From: Candidatus Niyogibacteria bacterium
Lineage (GTDB): Bacteria > Patescibacteriota > Minisyncoccia > JACROR01
Direction of reading: 5' to 3'
DNA: 51,556 nt
Assembly: GCA_016214345.1 (NCBI GenBank)
Contig: JACROR010000025.1
Coordinates: 1 to 51,556, forward strand
Notes under the pieces: generated by a model
What the model saw: the letters and a program-made list of their open reading frames with translations, nothing else
Told to the model about the DNA's origin: nothing
Databases searched by the model: none
Shown: piece by piece, positions 43,894 to 50,569 of the stretch
How positions within the stretch are numbered: the first letter of the stretch is position 1
Layout: each line of letters opens with the position of its first letter
Translations under genes and position numbers: made by a program

Positions 43894-44027
43894 GCCCGCA
43901 CACTAATAATGGCATTGTGCTTTTATACTGTCTTGGCAGTTTTTTAAAAATCAAGGGTAATTAAAATTTAGATATAAATTTTTCTCTATAAGGGCGCGCA
44001 GTGTAATGCCATTATTAGTGTGTGGGC
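43894..44027. repeat. 23-bp inverted repeat pair flanking an 88-bp AT-rich spacer in the pyrH / tRNA-fMet divergent region
   Basis: gcccgcacactaataatggcatt (43894-43916) versus aatgccattattagtgtgtgggc (44005-44027). 18 bp are perfect. Confidence 0.7.
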
Positions 44028-44064
44028 TTGCAATGGCGTGGCATTTTTCTTATACTGTGTTTTG

Positions 44065-44089
44065 TATATCGCGGGGTGGAGGAGTAGTA
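44065..44089 (+). pseudogene. truncated copy of the initiator tRNA 5' end (5 nt of flank + nt 1-20)
   Basis: tatatcgcggggtggaggagtagta is identical to 44136-44160. It is followed by the small hairpin ccgc-cgga-gcgg. Confidence 0.7.
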
Positions 44090-44140
44090 TTCCGCCGGAG
44101 CGGAGCTGATAACAAAATAAGATAATTTGAGGCAATATAT

Positions 44141-44211
44141 CGCGGGGTGGAGGAGTAGTACCTCGGGAGGCTCATAACCTCCAGGCCCGGGTGCAATTCC
44201 CGGCCCCGCAA
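44141..44211 (+). tRNA. initiator tRNA-fMet, anticodon CAU
   Basis: 71 nt. C1 x A72 mismatch (CGCGGGG / CCCCGCA), anticodon arm GGAGG-CTCATAA-CCTCC, T arm CCGGG-TGCAATT-CCCGG (unusual loop), discriminator A. Confidence 0.8.
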
Positions 44212-44225
44212 CAACAAAATAAAAA

Positions 44226-44252
44226 TACCCCTCTTGAGAGGGCATTTTTATT
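44226..44252 (+). terminator. weak terminator after tRNA-fMet
   Basis: ccctc-ttga-gaggg followed by catttttattta. Confidence 0.45.
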
Positions 44253-44262
44253 TATGTTTTGT

Positions 44263-44354
44263 GAGGGCAGCGAGCAAACTGCTTTGCTCGCGTCGGGAAT
44301 TGCAAGCCGGAGCAATGTCCGCCCGAGGCGGACAAAGCGAGGCGGGGTCGCGAG
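44263..44354 (+). other. conserved structured element (candidate ncRNA or composite repeat) downstream of tRNA-fMet; paralog of 24789..24892
   Basis: Shared blocks AGCgAGCAAACTGCTTTGCTcGCGT, CGGGA, AAGCCGgAGC and GCGAGGCGGGGTCGCGA. The internal hairpin differs in sequence between copies but keeps its position. Confidence 0.55.
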
Positions 44355-44472
44355 CCCAAAAATTAAGGAGCGAAGCGATTGTAATTTTTGAGGACTCGTG
44401 ACCAATTCCCAGTTATCTCATTTCTTTAATAAATCTTGTCCAGAGTTAAAAATTGCCTTATATTATTAAATA

Positions 44473-44561
44473 TGTCGGTGTAGCTTCTGCCCGAGGCAGC
44501 CCCCTGCCTACCGAGCAGGCAGGCGCCTTGGGCGGGCAGTGGTAGGGCAAGTTTGCCGGCA
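44473..44561 (+). pseudogene. truncated tRNA-Met 5'-end copy with a 50-nt composite palindrome insertion in the D arm
   Basis: gtcggtgtagctt + ctgcccgaggcag-ccc-cctgcctaccgagcaggcagg-cgccttgggcggg + cagtggtagggc, then tgccggca, which can pair with the 5' end. Confidence 0.6.
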
Positions 44562-44593
44562 AATAGATGGAATTTAATAATTATCAATACATT

Positions 44594-44665
44594 GCCGGCG
44601 TAGCTCAGTGGTAGAGCGAGGGACTCATAAACCCTAGGCCGGAGGTCCGATTCCTCCCGTCGGCA
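44594..44665 (+). tRNA. tRNA with CAU anticodon (elongator Met, or Ile2 if lysidinylated)
   Basis: 72 nt. Acceptor GCCGGCG/CGTCGGC (one G-U), anticodon loop CTCATAA with a 31-39 A-A mismatch, T arm GGAGG-TCCGATT-CCTCC, discriminator A. Confidence 0.8.
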
Positions 44666-44677
44666 TTAATATAAGTT

Positions 44678-45370
44678 TTAGTTTTTTATGGCGATGAGTA
44701 AAATATTGGAACGCTGTCCACCGGTATTTTTTATTTTGTGTAGAATTTTTACGTTAAAACCGATCTCTTTGGCCAATTGTGCCAGACGTTTTTCGGTAAA
44801 AGCGTGGAGATAGCGTGTTTCTTGGTGTTTGCCAAAAGTTAAGAATAAATCTCCCCAATCCAATTTATTGCCGCTGATTTTTCCTAAAAAAGACTTTATG
44901 AAATATGGCAAAAATCTTGCGCGCCATAGATCCCAAGCGGTAATAATCAAGACACCGTTTTTTGCTAAAACGCGAGCGGCTTCTTTAAAAAATTGCCGCT
45001 GAAATTCCTTTGACGGTATGTGATGAAGCGTTGCCAGAGACACAACGGCGTCAAATGATTGGTCGGGGAAGGGGAGATTTAATGCGTCGGCTAAGACGAA
45101 TTTTTTATCGGAGTGCAGCTGTTGCGCTTCTTGCAACATATTTTTCGAGAAATCCACGCCAGTGTATCCAAGCGTAGTTTCACCGAGCAGTTCCAATAAA
45201 CGGCCGTTGCCGCAGCCGATGTCCAAGACTTTGCCGTTTTTTGGCAAGTAATTTTTAATGAAAGCGAGTTCCGGCCAAAAATGCGCGCGTGTCTCGGAAA
45301 ATTCCCGCGCGATTTTTTCGTAGGATTGCTTGGATGCTTCCAATATTTTTTCCGCTTCTTTTTTATCCAT
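44678..45370 (-). CDS. class I SAM-dependent methyltransferase
   Basis: 230 aa. Motif I VLDIGCGNGRL, with acidic residue and motif II downstream. Confidence 0.85.
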   Translation of the reverse strand: MDKKEAEKILEASKQSYEKIAREFSETRAHFWPELAFIKNYLPKNGKVLDIGCGNGRLLELLGETTLGYTGVDFSKNMLQEAQQLHSDKKFVLADALNLPFPDQSFDAVVSLATLHHIPSKEFQRQFFKEAARVLAKNGVLIITAWDLWRARFLPYFIKSFLGKISGNKLDWGDLFLTFGKHQETRYLHAFTEKRLAQLAKEIGFNVKILHKIKNTGGQRSNILLIAIKN

Positions 45371-45556
45371 TTTGATATTATACTATCAAGTGCTCATGGA
45401 TTGTAAAATTTTGATTTTATCAATAAAACATCTGCTTTGCGGCACGCGCGCTGCTCCAGCGGCAGCGCGCTCTGTCCTCGGCGCTTTTTTGCAAAAGCAA
45501 AACCAAGCAAAGCGCCTGCGGACGGCCGCAAATCAGAGTTTTATATAAAAATCACT

Positions 45557-47227
45557 ATGCTGTTTGATCGCGTAAAAACCGAAGAAGATGTGGGGCGGCT
45601 GAAATTAAAAATAATGAAAGACGCCGCGCTTCGCCAAGAAATAGAGGCCATACGTAAAGGTTTTGGCTATTTTTTGCGGTCTCCCGCTAAAAATACCATG
45701 CCAACCAATGCCGAACTTTTAGCGCTATATAAAAAATTAATTAAAGCTGGTAAAGAAACGTCTAATCGCGCCACGGAATTAATCTTGCGAAAAAATAAGA
45801 CCAAAAGTAATTCCGGCGTGGCGGTGGTTTCCGTTTTGACCAAGCCGTATCCTTGTCCGGGTAATTGCCTTTATTGCCCCACGGAGCAAGAAATGCCGAA
45901 AAGTTATTTGTCCAAAGAGCCGGCCGCGGCGCGCGCTTTGCGGAATGGTTTTGACGCGGCGCGGCAAGCTGTAACGCGCTTGCGGGCGCTTCAAGCCAAC
46001 GGTCACCCCACGGATAAGGTGGAGATGATAATAATCGGCGGAACTTGGGGGGCGTATCAGCAAAAATACCGCGAAAATTTCGTGCGCGATCTGTTTTTCG
46101 CGTGCAATACTTTCGGGGTACGTAAAAGAAAGCGCAGACCATTGGCAAAGGAGCAAGCATTAAATGAGCGCGCCAAATGCCGTATCGTGGGATTATCAAT
46201 TGAAACGCGCCCCGATTGGGTTAATGAAAAAGAAATCACGCATATGCGCCGCTTAGGAGTAACTAAGGTGGAATTGGGAGTTCAGCATTTGGATGATGAG
46301 ATTTTGAATCTTAATCGTCGTGGCACGACTCAAAAACAGATTATTTTTGCCACGCGCTTATTGAAGGACGCGGGATTTAAGATCGTTTATCATATGATGC
46401 CCAACCTTTTGGGGAGCGATTCCAAGAAAGATCTGGCGGCGTTTCATAAATTATTTACGGATGAGAATTATCAGCCGGATATGCTGAAAATTTATCCGTG
46501 CATAGTTTTGGAATCAACGGATTTGCACGACATTTGGAAAAGCGGGAAATACCGGCCGTATTCCGCAACAGAATTGAAAAATTTGCTGATTGATATTAAA
46601 AAAATAATTCCGCCCTACGTTCGCATTATGCGGGTTATACGTGATATTCCGGCAGAGTATATCGTGGCGGGGAGCAAGATAACCAATTTACGGCAGGACC
46701 TTTTGTCGGGAGACAAACGAATTTGCCGGTGTATAAGATGCCGCGAGATAAGGGAAGAAGAGGCGCGGATATCTGATTTGGCTTTACATAAAATAGAGTA
46801 TGCCGCTTCGGAAGGGCGCGAAATATTTTTAAGTTGGGAGAGAAAAAGCGACAACCGTCTCGCGTCTTTTTTGCGGTTGCGATTGCCTACCGGACATGCC
46901 TACCGGATAGGCAGGCAGGCAGGTTTGCCGTACTCGTTGCTTAGCAATAAATCCAAGGTGGCACCTTGGATGAGAAATGGGGGCGCGTTATATGGTGCCG
47001 CCTTAATCAGGGAATTGCATACTTACGGCCGCCTTATGAGGATAGGCGTTAAGGGCGCTCAATCCCAGCATCGCGGCTTGGGGCAGAAATTGCTCCATGA
47101 GGCGGAAAAAATCGCCAAAAAAGCGGGTTACAAAAAAATGGCCGTAATTTCAGGCGTTGGCGTGCGAAATTATTACCGCAAATTGGGATACCGCCTGCAG
47201 GATACTTATATGGTAAAATCAATATAA
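45557..47227 (+). CDS. elp3: Elp3-type radical SAM / GNAT acetyltransferase (tRNA U34 carboxymethyluridine synthase homolog)
   Basis: ATG 45557. Radical-SAM cluster CPGNCLYCP, Elp3-like core, and C-terminal GNAT motif QHRGLGQKLL. The track ORF extension from 45437 runs through GC-rich repeats. Confidence 0.85.
   Translation: MLFDRVKTEEDVGRLKLKIMKDAALRQEIEAIRKGFGYFLRSPAKNTMPTNAELLALYKKLIKAGKETSNRATELILRKNKTKSNSGVAVVSVLTKPYPCPGNCLYCPTEQEMPKSYLSKEPAAARALRNGFDAARQAVTRLRALQANGHPTDKVEMIIIGGTWGAYQQKYRENFVRDLFFACNTFGVRKRKRRPLAKEQALNERAKCRIVGLSIETRPDWVNEKEITHMRRLGVTKVELGVQHLDDEILNLNRRGTTQKQIIFATRLLKDAGFKIVYHMMPNLLGSDSKKDLAAFHKLFTDENYQPDMLKIYPCIVLESTDLHDIWKSGKYRPYSATELKNLLIDIKKIIPPYVRIMRVIRDIPAEYIVAGSKITNLRQDLLSGDKRICRCIRCREIREEEARISDLALHKIEYAASEGREIFLSWERKSDNRLASFLRLRLPTGHAYRIGRQAGLPYSLLSNKSKVAPWMRNGGALYGAALIRELHTYGRLMRIGVKGAQSQHRGLGQKLLHEAEKIAKKAGYKKMAVISGVGVRNYYRKLGYRLQDTYMVKSI
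46884..46923. repeat. tandem/partial family A element, in frame within elp3
   Basis: tgcctaccggacatgcctaccggataggcaggcaggcagg encodes LPTGHAYRIGRQAG. Confidence 0.65.
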
Positions 47228-48267
47228 TGAAGCTTTTGATAGTTACGCAAAAAGTTGATTTGAACGATGACAATCTCGGTTTTTTTCATCGTTGGTTGGA
47301 GGAATTTGCCAAGAATGCGGAGCAGATTTTTGTAATAACGCAATTTTTGGGGGAGCATGATCTGCCCGCCAATGTGGAGATTTATTCTTTGGGCAAAGAA
47401 CGAGGGTTGGGGAGAACGCGAAGGTATTGGAATTTTTATAAATATTCTTTAAAAATTTTGCCGCGAGTGGACGCGGTGTTCGTGCACATGATTCCCATGT
47501 GGGTTTTGCTTTTGTGGAAGCCCGCTTTTATTTTCAGGAAAAAAATGTATTTATGGTATACGCACAAATCAGTCACCTGGTCGCTTAGGTTGGCGGAAAA
47601 AATGGTTGAAAAAATATTTACTGCTTCGCGCGAAAGTTTCCGCTTGCCGTCCAAAAAAGCGGAGATTATGGGGCACGGCATTGATACGGATTATTTTATT
47701 CTAAGGCCCGAATCGCGATCATTGGAAATTTACAGGATTATTTCAGTGGGCAGGATTTCGTCATCTAAACGAATAAAAGAGATGATTTTGGCTATGGGTG
47801 AACTTCGTAAAATTTTACCGCCCGGCAAAAAATTTGAATTCGCGATTATCGGCAGTCCGAAAACGCACGAAGACGAAGACTATTTCGTGGAATTAAAAAA
47901 TTTGGTCAGGGAATTTCAGTTGGGCGATAGGATAAAATTTATTGGCGGAGTGCCGCATAAGAATATAGTTCGTGAATATCAAAAAAGTCATCTGTTTCTT
48001 AATTTTTCCGTAACCGGAAGCGTTGATAAAGCAGTGTTGGAGGCCATGAGCTGTGGCACGGATGTGCTGGTGGCCAATGAGGCGTTTTTTGGCATGCTGC
48101 CGGAAGAAAATATCATAAAGAAATTGTGGGCAGTGCGTCCTGCGGAACGCATTAAGGAATTTATGCTTAGCGGCAGACACGATCAAACTTTAAGAGAGAT
48201 TGTTTTAAAGAATCATAATTTGAAGTTATTGATTAAAAAAATTGTCAATTTATTGCAAGAAGAATAA
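47227..48267 (+). CDS. GT4-type (GT-B fold) glycosyltransferase
   Basis: 346 aa. The C-terminal domain has an E-x7-E-like LEAMSCGTDVLV. The start overlaps the elp3 stop. Confidence 0.75.
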   Translation: MKLLIVTQKVDLNDDNLGFFHRWLEEFAKNAEQIFVITQFLGEHDLPANVEIYSLGKERGLGRTRRYWNFYKYSLKILPRVDAVFVHMIPMWVLLLWKPAFIFRKKMYLWYTHKSVTWSLRLAEKMVEKIFTASRESFRLPSKKAEIMGHGIDTDYFILRPESRSLEIYRIISVGRISSSKRIKEMILAMGELRKILPPGKKFEFAIIGSPKTHEDEDYFVELKNLVREFQLGDRIKFIGGVPHKNIVREYQKSHLFLNFSVTGSVDKAVLEAMSCGTDVLVANEAFFGMLPEENIIKKLWAVRPAERIKEFMLSGRHDQTLREIVLKNHNLKLLIKKIVNLLQEE

Positions 48268-48283
48268 TTGATGAATATTTATT

Positions 48284-49012
48284 ATGGACGACAAGAAAAA
48301 TAAAAATTTTATTTCGGTAGTTGTGCCAGCTTATAATTCCGCCCTTTTTATAGAGTATAGTATAAAAAAACTTATTAACTTTCTTTCCGGCGTGACTGAT
48401 AAATGGGAAATTATAGCGGTAAATGATGGAAGTACGGATAGCACCGATTCTATTTTGCGAAATTTGGCAAAGCAGCGAAATAATCTTATTATTGCTGGGC
48501 GAACGGAACAAAAGGGCAAGGGATTCAGCGTAAAAGAGGGTGTTTTGCGCGCCAAGGGGGATTTTATTTTTTTCATTGACGCCGATTTGCCGTACGAGCT
48601 GAAAGTTTTAGAGAACATGATGTTTTTTTTGAAAGAGGAATACGATGTGGTGATAGTTAGCAGGGTCCTTCCAGGATCATTTGCTAGAAATAAGGCGAAT
48701 TTATTTCGTAGAATGGCAAGCCGTGTTTTTAGGATTGTGATTTATCTGTTAACGCGATTGAGGATCAAAGATACCCAGGCCGGATTCAAAGGATTTAGAA
48801 GAGGGGCGGCTGAACGTATTTTTCCCAGCCTTACTACTTCAGGTTTTGCATTTGATATAGAAATATTGTTATTAGCTAAGAATATGGGATTAAAAATTAA
48901 AGAGGTGCCTGCTATTTTGGATGGAGGCGGAATTTCCAGTATAAATCTTGCCAGAGAGTCTTTTCGTATGGTCTATGATTTAATTAGGATTGTCAGGCGG
49001 CATAAAATCTAA
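48284..49012 (+). CDS. GT2 polyprenol-phosphate glycosyltransferase (DPM1/GtrB-like)
   Basis: 242 aa. VVVPAYN, NDGSTDST, FIDADL. Confidence 0.85.
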   Translation: MDDKKNKNFISVVVPAYNSALFIEYSIKKLINFLSGVTDKWEIIAVNDGSTDSTDSILRNLAKQRNNLIIAGRTEQKGKGFSVKEGVLRAKGDFIFFIDADLPYELKVLENMMFFLKEEYDVVIVSRVLPGSFARNKANLFRRMASRVFRIVIYLLTRLRIKDTQAGFKGFRRGAAERIFPSLTTSGFAFDIEILLLAKNMGLKIKEVPAILDGGGISSINLARESFRMVYDLIRIVRRHKI

Positions 49013-49016
49013 ATAG

Positions 49017-50468
49017 ATGATTGAAACTTGGAAATATAAAAAATATTTTTGGCTAATTATCGGTATTTTGGCGTTATTCGTGGCGCTTTATCACCTTGAT
49101 ACTTCTCCTGGTTTTTGGTTTGATGAAGGCATTGCCTCGCAAGTTGCTAAGAATATAGCGTTCAATGGTATATATGGCACGCAAACTGCCCCAAACATAT
49201 TTTATGAAAATAATTTTTGGGTCACTATTAATTATCCTGTAGTTTTACCTGCTGCTTTGTTTTTGAAATTATTCGGTGTATCAATTTGGGCTGCGCGCCT
49301 CACCCCCTTATTTTATTTGGTGGGGTTAATATTGGCCTCCTATTTTTTTATAAAAAAACTTTATGGATTTAAATTAGCGGTTTTATCTTCTCTTTTGTTG
49401 ATAACATTTCCACCGCTTTATGGAAACGGCAAGGCGGTTTTAGGGGAGGTGCCCGGTTTATTTTGGTTGATATTGGGTAGTTTGTTATTTTTATATTTTT
49501 ATGATCGCGGACAGCGGATGTTTTTATTTGGGGCTACCGTTTCGTGGGGGCTCTCCATGGCCACTAAGCCGTATTATCTTTTATTTGGGCTGAGCGCGGT
49601 TTTTATTATTTTATTTTTATGGCTGAAAGAGAGAAGCATTAATTTTCGTACGGCTATTTTGTCAGGCATATTTTTGTCTTCGCCGGTTTTAATCTGGAGT
49701 TTTTTTGCTTTTGATTTTTCTTCTTTGGAGAGTTGGCGCGCCACATTGTCTTATTTTTTAAATTCTTACGGAGTTTCGTCTTTTGACCCGTTAAAAAACC
49801 TTTTTCGTTTCGTGAGCGAATCAACGCCCACCCATTTTGCTTTATTGGGTGGCGCGGTGTTGGTGTCATGGTTTGTGCGGTGGCGTGAGCTATTAAAAAG
49901 CTCTCCCTTGATTGTGGGTTTGGCGGCTTTCATCGCATTGTCATTTTTGTGGTATCTAAAAACTCCAGGCTGGTATCGCTATTTTTTTTCCATTCACATC
50001 TTGGTTATTTTGTTTTTTCCATCCGCTATTTTTGATGTCATCGGTAAGGTTAAGGGGCATGTCGCTGATGGTGGCAAGACATGGGCCAGATTAGGCGTTA
50101 CGGCAGTGATGGCGTTGATCGTATTTCAAGCCGGTTTTTTGATCATACATTATGATGATTTCAAGGGGCAAGAAGTCATCGAATTAAAGCGGTATGTTGA
50201 TCAAAACATATCTATGGAGGATTCAATTTTTGTTGCGTCCAAACCCGAAGTCGCTTTTATTTTGGACACACAAAATATTTATCAGTATATTTTTATCAAC
50301 AAAAATTTGATCATCGGAGAAAATATTCTTGGTAGAGTTCCCGTTGATTATATTATTACCGGACGAACCAATGATCCATTCATTATTGATAATAAGGGCG
50401 TTATTGATGCGGGATATAACATAATATACGAGGCAGGACACTATAGGATCTATCAATTAAAGAAGTAG
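49017..50468 (+). CDS. GT-C fold membrane glycosyltransferase (ArnT/PMT, GT39/83-like)
   Basis: 483 aa with more than 10 TM helices and a first-loop acidic motif FWFDEG. Confidence 0.7.
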   Translation: MIETWKYKKYFWLIIGILALFVALYHLDTSPGFWFDEGIASQVAKNIAFNGIYGTQTAPNIFYENNFWVTINYPVVLPAALFLKLFGVSIWAARLTPLFYLVGLILASYFFIKKLYGFKLAVLSSLLLITFPPLYGNGKAVLGEVPGLFWLILGSLLFLYFYDRGQRMFLFGATVSWGLSMATKPYYLLFGLSAVFIILFLWLKERSINFRTAILSGIFLSSPVLIWSFFAFDFSSLESWRATLSYFLNSYGVSSFDPLKNLFRFVSESTPTHFALLGGAVLVSWFVRWRELLKSSPLIVGLAAFIALSFLWYLKTPGWYRYFFSIHILVILFFPSAIFDVIGKVKGHVADGGKTWARLGVTAVMALIVFQAGFLIIHYDDFKGQEVIELKRYVDQNISMEDSIFVASKPEVAFILDTQNIYQYIFINKNLIIGENILGRVPVDYIITGRTNDPFIIDNKGVIDAGYNIIYEAGHYRIYQLKK

Positions 50469-50569
50469 CCCGCCCTTTTGTTATTTGTGACCTTGGCGTT
50501 GCCATTGCTGGGTCATTTATAGATTATTTTAACTGTTTTTTATAGATTTTTAACTGCAATCTTGTTAGA

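Noticed and set aside
44015-44405. ORFs 44015..44245, 44172..44405 and 44191..44391
   Set aside because: They overlap the initiator tRNA and the repeat element. They have no RBS, and their apparent similarity to the ORF at 24710..24901 is nucleotide-level repeat identity in the opposite orientation.
3638-44665. Classical integrated genomic islands or prophage at the tRNA genes
   Set aside because: No integrase, transposase, or phage structural or replication gene lies anywhere in the window, and the duplicated tRNA segments are only 30-200 bp from their source genes.
45437-45556. 40-codon upstream extension of the elp3 ORF
   Set aside because: It has a non-ATG start and runs through GC-rich hairpin repeats, giving a Cys/Arg/Ala-rich peptide. 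ATG 45557 gives a plausible N-terminus.
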